32,476 nucleotides of DNA from Deltaproteobacteria bacterium (GTDB lineage: Bacteria; Desulfobacterota; Desulfobaccia; Desulfobaccales; 0-14-0-80-60-11), in contig JAKAGH010000002.1 in assembly GCA_021817645.1 (NCBI GenBank), forward strand, positions 1-32,476. Direction: 5' to 3'. Under the pieces are notes generated by a model. That model ran no database searches. It was not told where the DNA came from and saw nothing but the letters and a program-made list of their open reading frames with translations. Both the position numbers and the translations under genes were made by a program. Of the stretch, positions 16,217 to 24,935 are shown piece after piece. Positions within the stretch are counted from its first letter, which is position 1; each line of letters opens with the position of its first letter.

Positions 16217-16301
16217 TGGTGCCGGAGGCCGGACTCGAACCGGCACAAGGTTGCCCTCGGGGGATTTTGAGTCCATACCACCGAGCTTCACAACTCCTCA
16301 A
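16217..16301 (-). tRNA. tRNA-Leu(CAA)-like sequence in which only the 3' ~58 nt are canonical; probably a truncated or pseudo tRNA (att-type remnant)
   Basis: The minus strand reads ...GGACTCAAAATCCCCCGAGGGCAACCTTGTGCCGGTTCGAGTCCGGCCTCCGGCACCA (16274-16217). It has a perfect T-arm GCCGG-TTCGAGT-CCGGC, a long variable arm CGAGG-GCAA-CCTTG, an anticodon loop CTCAAAA and a terminal CCA. The 5' side (TGAGGAG...) pairs with the 3' acceptor strand CTCCGGC at only 4 of 7 positions, and the 5' anticodon stem (ATGGA against TCCCC) has 2 mismatches. Confidence 0.55.
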
Positions 16302-16396
16302 TTTATGGCAACTTATTGATATTGATGGATTTTAATTTTCTATCCACTAACCGATTTTTCACCTTCTGGCAGATTTTGGAGGGAATCTCTCACACG

Positions 16397-16450
16397 GATT
16401 CTCACACAAAAAAGCGAGAGCTTCTATGACCCGTTAACCCTATCCCTCGG
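16397..16450 (+). repeat. Copy B of the ~54-nt imperfect direct repeat flanking the tRNA fragment
   Basis: See copy A. It is followed by gcggcgcacaagttgcaccc, which loosely resembles the tRNA variable-arm segment ccggcacaaggttgccctc. Confidence 0.5.
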
Positions 16451-16644
16451 CTGATTCTTCCCACTGCGGCGCACAAGTTGCACCCATCGGTGCTTTATCC
16501 TCCGCCCAGGCAACAAACAGCATACTAAGAATGAAGGGGTAGGCCAATCTTAGATTGTCATTAGCACCCGGAGTGCAACAAAGGCCATGAAGAAGTGGCG
16601 CGGTGCTATACACCTTTGGCCAGAGCGTGATCTGTGCTCATGAC

Positions 16645-19600
16645 CTACGTCTGAGAATCCTGTGCGTCTTCTGCTCGGATCTGCCTGTAGACCTGCTCCA
16701 GGAGATGGCCGGTAACGGCCTTCTGGAAATCCTTCTCGTTCAAGAACTTAGCTGTGATCTCCTCATTTTGCTCCATACGGTCAATAAATAATCCTTCCAG
16801 GGCCTTACGGAAAACGTAACCGAAATTTTCCATGGTGTTGGCGCTAGCCGCCTGGCGCAAGTTCGTATCGGCCACTGCGTCCTCGCGGATCGAATCGAAG
16901 AAAAGCTGGTCCCCGGGCTTAAATTCCGTACCAAACCGGTCATTTAGAAGATCGATCAGCTTTGAAAGCTCAATCTCCTCGCCCCGGGCAATCCCGGTAC
17001 CCACGTCCGTCGGACCCGACACCGGCTCCTCTCTACCCGGTTCCAGGTTGATCGAGCCCTCGCTAATTTTTTGCAGCCGGTAGAATTTGAGCGCCACCTC
17101 ATCATCGAAGTTATAGACCGGCCCCTGGTCGCCCCGGGGCAGCTTGGTTAGCAGGAAACGAATGTAGGAATATAGCTTCTCCAGATCCGAATCCTGGAAG
17201 GGGATGATCTGCGAGAGGAAGGCATACAGGTTGCGGTAGGCCACCAGCGTCTTGCGGAACTCCTCCCGGACCTCTTCCTCCAGATCGCGATAGCGGTTTA
17301 CCGCCGGGTCAATGCAGGCATTCATCCGGGCATGGTCTGCCGCGGTCTGATGGCGTTTGGGCTTGTAGAAAATCTTGCAGAACTCCGCCACCTCCGCTTT
17401 ATAGTAGACCTGCACCGCTTCCAGCTTCGCCTGCAGTTCATAAAGCTGTTTTGGGTCGGCCCGCTCACCGATGAGCGTCTGTTCGTAATAGGGCTGGAAC
17501 GCCGCCAAAATTTCTTCCGCCTCATTCACGAAGTCGAGGACAAAAGTATCCTCCTTGCCAGCATGAGTGCGGTTAAGACGCGACAGCGTTTGCACCGCCT
17601 GAATGCCCGCCAGGCGCTTATCCACATACATCGTCTGCAAGAGCGGCTGGTCGAAGCCGGTCTGGTACTTCTCGGCTACCAGCAGCACCTGGTATTGGTC
17701 CGTCCCGAACCGCTCGGGCAGCTCCTTCTCCCGAATACCCCCATTCATGCTGACTTCGGTATATTCCACGCTTGGAGCGTCGGGATCTACCACGGTACCG
17801 GAGAAGGCCACCAGAGTCTTGATGCCCTTATAGCCTTTCTCGGCGATGTATTTGTCAAAAGCTTGTTTGTAGCGGACAGCATGAAGGCGGCTGGAGGCCG
17901 TCACCATGGCCTTGGCCTTGCCGCCGATCTTGTGCATGGTGAAGTGGCGGAAGTGCTCCACCATGACTTCTGTCTTCTGGGCGATGTTATACGGATGCAG
18001 GCTCATGAATCGCGCCAGGGCCCGGCCGGCCTTGCGCTTGTCCACCTTGGGATCGTCTTCGATGTATTTGATCAGCCGATAGTACGTCTTGTACGTCGTG
18101 TAGTTCTGAAGCACGTCGAGGATGAAGCCTTCTTCGATGGCCTGCCGCATGCTGTAGAGATGGAAAGGCTCGGGTTTACCGTCAGCTCCCGGACGGCCGA
18201 AGACCTCCAGCGTCTTGTATTTCGGTGTGGCCGTGAAGGCGAAAAAGCCGATGTTGGGCTGCCGCCCGCGCTTGGCCATGGTCTTGAGGATTTCTTCCTC
18301 ATAGGTGGGCAGGCTCTCTTCCGTGGCGTACTTCGTCGCTTCTTCGCGAATGATGGCGGCGGCCAGGACGCCTTTGAGTTCCGTCGCCGTCTCACCGCCC
18401 TGGGAACTGTGGGCTTCATCGACAATGACCGCGTAACGGCGCTGGGGCAGGCTCCCGATCTTTTCCGTCACAAAGGGGAACTTTTGGAGCGTGGTCACGA
18501 CAATGGGCACGCCCCTGGCCAGGGCCTCCGCCAACTGCGTGGCGTTCACGTCGATTTTGTGCACCACGCCCTGCTTATGCTCAAACTGGTAAATAGTGTT
18601 CTGCAACTGCTGATCCAGGACCACCCGGTCGGTCACGACAATGACCGAGTCATAGACCTTCTCGTCCTTTTCGTCGTAGAGGCTGGCGAGTCGGTGCGCC
18701 AGCCAGGCGATGGAGTTCGATTTACCGCTCCCGGCCGAATGCTGGACCAGATAATTGGTCCCGGTGCCGCGCTCCCGGGCGTCGGCCACCAGTTTGCGCA
18801 CGCAATCAAGCTGGTGATAACGCGGGAAGATCATGGTCTCGCGCCGGACCTTCTTGCCGCCGAGCTTCTTTTCCTCGACCTGCAAGTGCATGAAGCGCGC
18901 CAGGATATCGAGGAAACTATGCCGCTCCAGGACTCCTTCCCAAAGGTAGGCGGTCTTGTAGCCCCCGGGGTTGTCGGGATTACCGGCGCCGGTGCCGCGT
19001 CCCCGGTTGAAGGGCAGGAAATGCGTGTTCCGGCCCGACAGGCGCGTGGTCATGTACACCTCATCCGTATCCACGGCGAAATGGACCAGGGCCCTCTTCT
19101 TGAACTGGAAGATCAGGTCCGCGGGATCGCGGTCATTTTTGTACTGGGTCACCGCGTGCCGCCAGGTCTGGGCGGTCATGGGGTTCTTGAGCTCCCCCGT
19201 GGCCAACGGCATGCCGTTCAAACTCAGGACCACGTCCAAGGTATTGCCGTGCCGGCTGGAATAACGCAGCTGGCGCGTGATGGTGAGACGGTTGGCGGCA
19301 TAGAGCCTTTGCGTCTCGGGGTTGGGGTGGCTGGCCGGGGCGAAGTAGGCGGCTCGGAATAGCTTACCGAAGCACTTGAACCCATGGCGTAGCACGGACA
19401 AACATCCCTCATGGGGGGAATTAAGAGCCCGGCAGAGGTCGTCCAGCAGCGTCTCTCCCGCTCTGTCCTTCTGGAGGTTCTGCAGGTATTCCCATTCCTT
19501 GGGTTGGGTCTCCCTGACAAAGGCCAGGAAGACTTCCGGGTCAAGACAGCGTTCCGAGTCGAAGGCTGCGCGGTCGCCTTTTTCGTACCCGCCCGCTCCC

Positions 19601-19656
19601 ACCAGGTGCTGTTCGATGGCGGTTTCAAAGGCCTTTTCGGTGTGCTGCCCCGGCAT
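16645..19656 (-). CDS. hsdR: Type I restriction endonuclease subunit R
   Basis: 1003 aa. The N-terminus MPGQHTEKAFETAIEQHL is typical of HsdR. A PD-(D/E)xK-type nuclease motif is present (LDVVLSLNGMPLATGELKN), with Walker A HSAGSGKSNS and DEAH box VIVDEAHSSQ. A helicase C-terminal domain follows. Confidence 0.95.
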   Translation of the reverse strand: MPGQHTEKAFETAIEQHLVGAGGYEKGDRAAFDSERCLDPEVFLAFVRETQPKEWEYLQNLQKDRAGETLLDDLCRALNSPHEGCLSVLRHGFKCFGKLFRAAYFAPASHPNPETQRLYAANRLTITRQLRYSSRHGNTLDVVLSLNGMPLATGELKNPMTAQTWRHAVTQYKNDRDPADLIFQFKKRALVHFAVDTDEVYMTTRLSGRNTHFLPFNRGRGTGAGNPDNPGGYKTAYLWEGVLERHSFLDILARFMHLQVEEKKLGGKKVRRETMIFPRYHQLDCVRKLVADARERGTGTNYLVQHSAGSGKSNSIAWLAHRLASLYDEKDEKVYDSVIVVTDRVVLDQQLQNTIYQFEHKQGVVHKIDVNATQLAEALARGVPIVVTTLQKFPFVTEKIGSLPQRRYAVIVDEAHSSQGGETATELKGVLAAAIIREEATKYATEESLPTYEEEILKTMAKRGRQPNIGFFAFTATPKYKTLEVFGRPGADGKPEPFHLYSMRQAIEEGFILDVLQNYTTYKTYYRLIKYIEDDPKVDKRKAGRALARFMSLHPYNIAQKTEVMVEHFRHFTMHKIGGKAKAMVTASSRLHAVRYKQAFDKYIAEKGYKGIKTLVAFSGTVVDPDAPSVEYTEVSMNGGIREKELPERFGTDQYQVLLVAEKYQTGFDQPLLQTMYVDKRLAGIQAVQTLSRLNRTHAGKEDTFVLDFVNEAEEILAAFQPYYEQTLIGERADPKQLYELQAKLEAVQVYYKAEVAEFCKIFYKPKRHQTAADHARMNACIDPAVNRYRDLEEEVREEFRKTLVAYRNLYAFLSQIIPFQDSDLEKLYSYIRFLLTKLPRGDQGPVYNFDDEVALKFYRLQKISEGSINLEPGREEPVSGPTDVGTGIARGEEIELSKLIDLLNDRFGTEFKPGDQLFFDSIREDAVADTNLRQAASANTMENFGYVFRKALEGLFIDRMEQNEEITAKFLNEKDFQKAVTGHLLEQVYRQIRAEDAQDSQT

Positions 19657-19715
19657 TGGGTGAAACCTCTCCAGTTACCTCGCACTACGTATACTCGGGT
19701 TTTGCCTCAAGACCA

Positions 19716-19797
19716 TTTGTCACAAAATACTTTGTGTCAAGCAATTAATTTATTACTTTACACAACATCTTTTGTCGTGTTTTCGCTTTACACAACC
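19716..19797 (-). promoter_or_regulatory. AT-rich fic-hsdR spacer with an inverted repeat and direct repeats; probable independent hsdR promoter/operator
   Basis: On the minus strand, TTGACACAAA-GTAT-TTTGTGACAA (19740-19717) is an imperfect 10-bp inverted repeat that contains a TTGACA hexamer. The direct repeat ctttacacaac occurs at 19756-19766 and 19786-19796, 30 bp apart. Confidence 0.35.
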
Positions 19798-20900
19798 AGG
19801 CGTCCCTCCACCAGGTTGATAAGTTCCGGAAATCCCAGCATAGCCGAGCGGCGTCCTTTTGCAGGCTGCATGACCTTAAGGATCCCGGCCTCTATCAGCT
19901 GGCGCACCAGTGCGGCGGCCGTCTGCTTGGTGGGGACGCCGGAAATGGTTGGGAAATCGGCTCCCCGGAAGATCGGCCGGGAAAAAATGGCGTCCAGGGC
20001 CTGAATGGCAAATTGGGAATGGGTGATCTCCACGATCCGGCTTTTCATGTTTTCGTACAGACGCAGCATGCCCCGTACCCGGTCGCTGTTAACTGCAGCC
20101 TGCTCGACCACCGCGGTCAGAAAAAACTGAATCCAGCCGTTCCAGTCATGCTTTTGGGTAATGGCTCTGAGACGTGCGAAATAAATTTCCCAGTGGGCCT
20201 CGAGATAGGCGCTGAGGTAAAACACCGGACTGGACAACAATTTTTTATCGAACAGGAAAAGGGGCACCAGCATCCGGCCCAATCTGCCATTACCGTCCAG
20301 GAAGGGATGGATGATTTCAAATTGAGCCTTGATCACCGCCAGTTGCACCAGCCCGTCCTTCTCCTGGAAATGCAGATATTTTTCCCAGTTGTCCAAGGCC
20401 TGGAGGAGCCGGTCCGGCGCCGGGGGCACAAAAGTGGCACGCTCGATGGGAGATCCTGGGGGGGCGATATAATTCTGGATGCGGCGAAACTGGCCCGGCG
20501 ACTTGTTCCGGCCGCGCACGCTGTCCAGCAGGATGGCGTGCAATTCCTGGATCAGGTTCAGGCAGAGGGGGCGCTTTTCCAGGCTCTCCACCGCCTGGCC
20601 CATGGCCCGCCGGTAATTGATGATTTCCTGAATATCGGCATATTTCGAGGGCTCCACCTCTTCCCGGGGGTCGGCTTCGTATTCCAGCACTTCCTCCATG
20701 CTGGCCTGGGTTCCTTCGATTCTGGAGGACAGCACCGCTTCCTGGGTGGTGAGGGGCGAAAGGAATAACCGCGGGTTGACGATACCCTGGAGCATACCAT
20801 CATATCTGGCCAGCGCCGCGTTGGCCTGGCCGATCAGGGAAACGTGCGCCGCCCAATCTATCGAGTCCAGGGGTAAGCTATCGGGTATATAGGGTTCCAT
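19788..20900 (-). CDS. Fic-family protein (Fido domain, putative AMPylase), class II auto-inhibited type with a C-terminal winged-helix-like tail
   Basis: The catalytic motif HPFLDGNGRLGRML fits HxFx(D/E)GNGRxxR. An N-terminal SSRIEG fits the inhibitory (S/T)xxxE(G/N) motif. The start ATG shares one base with the hsdS stop (TGATG). Confidence 0.9.
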   Translation of the reverse strand: MEPYIPDSLPLDSIDWAAHVSLIGQANAALARYDGMLQGIVNPRLFLSPLTTQEAVLSSRIEGTQASMEEVLEYEADPREEVEPSKYADIQEIINYRRAMGQAVESLEKRPLCLNLIQELHAILLDSVRGRNKSPGQFRRIQNYIAPPGSPIERATFVPPAPDRLLQALDNWEKYLHFQEKDGLVQLAVIKAQFEIIHPFLDGNGRLGRMLVPLFLFDKKLLSSPVFYLSAYLEAHWEIYFARLRAITQKHDWNGWIQFFLTAVVEQAAVNSDRVRGMLRLYENMKSRIVEITHSQFAIQALDAIFSRPIFRGADFPTISGVPTKQTAAALVRQLIEAGILKVMQPAKGRRSAMLGFPELINLVEGRLVV

Positions 20901-22240
20901 CAGGCCGCTGCCTCCCGGACGTCGATCTTACCTGTCACCGCCGCCGAGATGAGGGCCGTGCGGTGTTCTTTGAGCTTTTCTATACTTTTGGTGATGCTCT
21001 TCTCCAGCTTCTCCATGGTTTCTGTTTCTCGCTCCAAAAAAGCCATGATCTTATCTTGTTCATCGCGAGGGGGTAGAGGCACTTCGAGACTCTTAATCTT
21101 ATCCTGATCTATTGTTGCCATCGTTACCAAATTTGCGAGTGAAATGAAACGATTGATTGCGTAGGTAGAGTTGAGGAAGTGAATTAAGAACTTTGGGCTT
21201 ATCTTAGGTTGGATTGGTCGGCCCCTGACGACATGGCATTCAAAAACGGTTGGCTCCTCGATTTCCAACGCACACACCGAACGTCCCACACCTTCGAGCT
21301 TTAGCGATGAACGAACAAAAAAAATGTCCCCGGACCTAACAGCGTACTTGCTCTGTTCGACCTTGTCTGCTTCCACCCGATCAAGGCTGGTGTGGTCTAT
21401 AAGAAAATTCCTGCGATAAACATCGAACACGTTGACTAATTTAATCCCAGATCCAAAAAACTCCTTCTTTTTAAAAAGGCCATTAATTAATCCCCCCTCA
21501 ACCAAATACTTTAGCTTCTTTATCTCCCAATTGGCCGGGATTTGTCCAAGCCACTCCACGCCGGAGTCCTTCAGTGGGGCACTGGGGTCCAGACCCTTGG
21601 TGACGGCGTGGCTGATGAGGGCGGCGCGCTTCTCTTGTAACAGCTCGATCTGCCGCTGCTTTTTCTCCATCAGGGCGTCAATCCGCGCTGTCTCCCGGTC
21701 CAGAAAGGCGGTGATGGCGCTCTGCTCGGAATCTGTTGGAAGAGCTATTTTTAGGTCGCCAATCTCACTTGCGTTGACCGCCGGGTAACTCACACCCACT
21801 GAACGTGCAACTACTGCCTCAACAAAGTAGGGTGCACGCAAAGCATAAGCGACAAAATGACTATTCACACCTTTTATAGGCCTTACCACGGCAAACCCCG
21901 TAGAAACGATAAGGTTTTCCTCAGGATTATGGATCGGGGCTATGGCTCGAAGATAGGTACGGACAGTGGAAATAATAACATCCCCGTCCCGAACACGACG
22001 GCGTGCGCGGGAAGGAGCTTCCTCGAAGCGCATAATCTCTTTCTTCTTAATACCTTCAGAGGCATCAACACTACTGATATCGACATATTGAATTTCATAG
22101 TCGGGGTCAGTACCCTCCGATAGAACTTCATCATTTAAGGAGGAGGTGTACTTGAGGCGTATGATGTGCCAGTTTTCCGGTACCTCCCCCAGCCACTCGA
22201 CGCCGGACGGCTTATATTGGTGATAATGCCGCCACCTCAC
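20900..22240 (-). CDS. hsdS: Type I R-M specificity subunit S (two target-recognition domains)
   Basis: N-terminus YKPSGVEWLGEVPENW. There are two conserved coiled-coil spacers (RETARIDALMEKKQRQIELLQEKRAALISHAVTKGLD and RETETMEKLEKSITKSIEKLKEHRTALISAAVTGKIDV) and an internal repeat GVEWLGQIPANWEIKKLKY. The GTG start overlaps the hsdM stop (GTGA). The TRD regions are AT-rich (about 40% GC in a line I counted). Confidence 0.9.
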   Translation of the reverse strand: MRWRHYHQYKPSGVEWLGEVPENWHIIRLKYTSSLNDEVLSEGTDPDYEIQYVDISSVDASEGIKKKEIMRFEEAPSRARRRVRDGDVIISTVRTYLRAIAPIHNPEENLIVSTGFAVVRPIKGVNSHFVAYALRAPYFVEAVVARSVGVSYPAVNASEIGDLKIALPTDSEQSAITAFLDRETARIDALMEKKQRQIELLQEKRAALISHAVTKGLDPSAPLKDSGVEWLGQIPANWEIKKLKYLVEGGLINGLFKKKEFFGSGIKLVNVFDVYRRNFLIDHTSLDRVEADKVEQSKYAVRSGDIFFVRSSLKLEGVGRSVCALEIEEPTVFECHVVRGRPIQPKISPKFLIHFLNSTYAINRFISLANLVTMATIDQDKIKSLEVPLPPRDEQDKIMAFLERETETMEKLEKSITKSIEKLKEHRTALISAAVTGKIDVREAAA

Positions 22241-24249
22241 GCCGTCACCTCCGCCAGCATCGCGGCGATGTCCTGTTCGATCTGCTTGAGGTCCGCCTCA
22301 ATCTCCGCCAAGGGGCGGGGCGGGGTGTATTGGTAGAAGTAGCGGTTAAAATTGATCTCGTAGCCCACCCTGGTCTTGGACTCGTCCACCCAGGCGTCAG
22401 GCACGTGGGGCAAGACCTCCCGCCGCAGATATTCAATCACGTCCTCTTTGAGCGGCACGTTTTCGAAATCCCGCAGCTCGGGGTCGGGCTCCGGGTGGCC
22501 TTTGGCGTCGATGCAGACGTCCGCGGTCTCGTCCCGCTCAGACAGCGCCGCAAGGATCGCCTTGAACAAAGGGGCCGGGACCGCTACCCCGGCCTTCCGG
22601 AAGGCCGCCTTCACCATGGAGGCGAACTTCTCCCGATTTTTTACATCCCCATGAATGACCAAGTTATTGAGGGCGGAGACCATAGTCTTCTGGAGTTTAA
22701 TCCCTTCGGCAATTTCGGCCTGGGCCGCCTTGGAGTCCACCCGCTTTTTGCTGGTGGCAAGTCTCTGGAAGGCCGGGGTCTGTTCCAGCCGCGCCAGGCG
22801 CTCCGGAGTCACGGCGAAGTTGAGCTTCAAAGGGCGTTCCACGGTGAGCCGTCTATAGCCGAAGTCCCGGTTGTCAAAGAGGCAGACGTACAGGTTGTCT
22901 TTTAGTGCGCCATAGTGACGGGTGATCTCCCCGCATTGATCCTCGCAGACCTCGTGGCGCTTGTTGCCCAGGCTCTTGCGCATCTTCTTGAAAAAACTCG
23001 TGCCGTCCACCAATTGAATCTTGCCCCGGCGGCCCCGCGCCTTGCGGTTGGTGACGATCCAGAGGTAGGTGTAGATGCCGGTGTTGTAGAACAGCTGGTC
23101 CGGCAGCGCCACGATGGCCTCCAGCCAGTCGTTTTCGATGATCCAGCGCCGGATTTCGCTCTCACCGGAGCCCGCGGCGCCGGTGAACAGGGGCGAGCCG
23201 TTGAAGACGATCCCCAGGCGGGTGCCGCCCTCTTTCGGGTCCTTCATCTTACTGATCATGTGCTGGAGAAAAAGCAGCGAACCATCGTTGATGCGGGGCA
23301 GCCCGGCGCCGAAACGGCCGCCAAAGCCCTGCTCCTCGTGCTCCCGGCGGATGGTCTGCTCCTGGGGCTTCCACTCAACCCCGAAAGGCGGATTGGCCAG
23401 CATGTAATCAAACTTTTTCCCGGGGAAGTGGTCGTCGGTGAAGCTGTCGCCGAAGGCGATGTGTTCGATCTCCTGGCCCTTGATCATCATGTCCGAGCCG
23501 CAGATGGCGTAGGCCTGGGCGTTGTAGTCCTGGCCGAAAACCTCCAGACAAGCATCGGGGTTGAGCTTGCGCAGATACTCTTCGGCCACCGACAACATCC
23601 CGCCCGTACCGCAGGCCGGATCGTACAGCGTCTTGACGATGCCCTTGGTGGTCAGCACCTCGCTGTCCGGCAGGAACAGGAGGTTCACCATCAGGCGGAT
23701 GACCTCCCGGGGGGTAAAATGGTCACCCGCCTCCTCGTTGGAGGCCTCATTAAACCGCCGGATCAGCTCCTCGAAGATGTAGCCCATCTCGATATTGGGC
23801 ACCGTGTCGGGGTGCAGGTCGATCTCGGCGAACTTCGAGACCACGAGGTAGAGGCGGTCGGCCTTGTCGAGCTTGCCGATATGCTCCTCAAAGCCGAAAT
23901 GTTCGATGATCTCCCGGGCACGGGTGGAGAAGCCCTTGACGTATTGGGTAAGGTTTTCGGCGATATGGTTGGGGTCGCCCTTGAGCTTCTCGAAGGTGAA
24001 GCGGCTGGTATTGTAGAAGCCTACTCCGGCTACCCGGCACAGGAGCGGTTCCAGGTCCTTGATTTTGCCGCCCTGACGGCGCTTGAGTTCGGCAAGCACC
24101 AGGTCCTTGGTGGGCTCCAGCACGCAATCGAGCCGGCGCAGGACGGTCAGGGGGAGCATGACGTCCTTATATTGGTTGGGGCGGTAAGGCCCACGCAGCA
24201 GGTCAGCCACCGACCAAATGAAGCTGACTTTGTCGCTGAAATTATTCAT
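22237..24249 (-). CDS. hsdM: Type I R-M N6-adenine DNA methyltransferase subunit M
   Basis: 670 aa. HsdM N-terminal domain (FIWSVADLLRGPYRPNQYKDVMLPLTVLRRLD), SAM motif YDPACGTGGML, and catalytic motif LANPPFGVEW. Confidence 0.95.
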   Translation of the reverse strand: MNNFSDKVSFIWSVADLLRGPYRPNQYKDVMLPLTVLRRLDCVLEPTKDLVLAELKRRQGGKIKDLEPLLCRVAGVGFYNTSRFTFEKLKGDPNHIAENLTQYVKGFSTRAREIIEHFGFEEHIGKLDKADRLYLVVSKFAEIDLHPDTVPNIEMGYIFEELIRRFNEASNEEAGDHFTPREVIRLMVNLLFLPDSEVLTTKGIVKTLYDPACGTGGMLSVAEEYLRKLNPDACLEVFGQDYNAQAYAICGSDMMIKGQEIEHIAFGDSFTDDHFPGKKFDYMLANPPFGVEWKPQEQTIRREHEEQGFGGRFGAGLPRINDGSLLFLQHMISKMKDPKEGGTRLGIVFNGSPLFTGAAGSGESEIRRWIIENDWLEAIVALPDQLFYNTGIYTYLWIVTNRKARGRRGKIQLVDGTSFFKKMRKSLGNKRHEVCEDQCGEITRHYGALKDNLYVCLFDNRDFGYRRLTVERPLKLNFAVTPERLARLEQTPAFQRLATSKKRVDSKAAQAEIAEGIKLQKTMVSALNNLVIHGDVKNREKFASMVKAAFRKAGVAVPAPLFKAILAALSERDETADVCIDAKGHPEPDPELRDFENVPLKEDVIEYLRREVLPHVPDAWVDESKTRVGYEINFNRYFYQYTPPRPLAEIEADLKQIEQDIAAMLAEVTA

Positions 24250-24308
24250 AAGCGGGTCTGTCCTCAGGACATGCAGATTCAGCTGAGAATGCCCTCTGGA
24301 GAAGCATA

Positions 24309-24338
24309 TTAATAGACTTTGCCCCCGCCCATGGTCAA
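24309..24338 (-). promoter_or_regulatory. Putative sigma70-type promoter for hsdM-hsdS-fic
   Basis: On the minus strand, TTGACC (24338-24333), an 18-nt spacer, then TATTAA (24314-24309). This is about 60 nt upstream of ATG 24249, with a GAGGA Shine-Dalgarno. Confidence 0.4.
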
Positions 24339-24534
24339 GGCAAAGCTGATACTATTTCCGATCTGGTCACTAAGATCCTCCATTTTATCCTTTTTGCTGA
24401 GATCGAAAACGCTGGGACGGGGTTACCAAAGGGGCCTTATGGTCCTCATTTCCTTGCCTTTAGGGGAAATTTACCCAGTAAGTCCTAGGCCCTGCCGAAA
24501 GGGGTTCCAATCTTACCACTTCCGGCAAATTATT

Positions 24535-24935
24535 CAAAATATATTTCCCGCCCGGCTCCCAGAAAGGTGGCCCCCTTGAAGATCGGATAACTTGAGATTG
24601 AAGCTCCCCGCGCAGCCGAAGTTCCGGTGCGCCTCGTCGCTACGGGCATTTGCTATACCGATATAGACTTTCTGCGATGACTGGGATGGATGCAGAGGGC
24701 AGGTCGGTAAGAGCCTAAAGGGGTGTCAAGCGCGGCGATCATTTTGTAATCTCTTACCGGTCCTGCCGACAATCTGCTCCATGCCGGAGAGGACAAACAA
24801 CGGGTTGGGAGCATTTGGGGAGGCGAAATTCGGAATTCCGGTACTAAACGGCAGTAATGCGTTGGACCTCAACAGTGTTCGCGAACCCTTCTTCGGCCAG
24901 TCTTCGTTCGCTCCCTACGCCTTGCCCAAAGGGTA
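24535..24935 (+). pseudogene. Decayed N-terminal third of a Zn-dependent alcohol dehydrogenase (MDR family)
   Basis: The pieces lie in different frames and are interrupted by stops: ...GGPLEDRIT*, LEIEAPRAAEVPVRLVATGICYTDIDFLR*, GVKRGDHFVISYRSCRQ..APCRRGQ, and FGEAKFGIPVLNGSNALDLNSVREPFFGQSSFAPYALPKG*. These match the ...EVLV(K/R)I.ATG(I/V)CHTD..., GD(H)VV.S...CG.C..C and FFGQSSFA.YA blocks. The Rossmann-fold part is absent. Confidence 0.6.

Noticed and set aside
16217-16301. An intact functional tRNA-Leu
   Set aside because: The 5' acceptor strand pairs at only 4 of 7 positions and the 5' anticodon stem has two mismatches. Only the 3' ~58 nt are canonical, so I report it as a truncated or pseudo tRNA.
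20990-21500. The low GC of part of hsdS as a sign of a separate insertion
   Set aside because: AT-rich, fast-evolving target-recognition domains are normal for HsdS. The reading frame and the conserved spacer repeats are intact.
24319-24579. An 86-aa plus-strand ORF between hsdM and the ADH remnant
   Set aside because: It runs across the putative hsdM promoter and into the decayed ADH N-terminus in the wrong frame. Its sequence is not protein-like.
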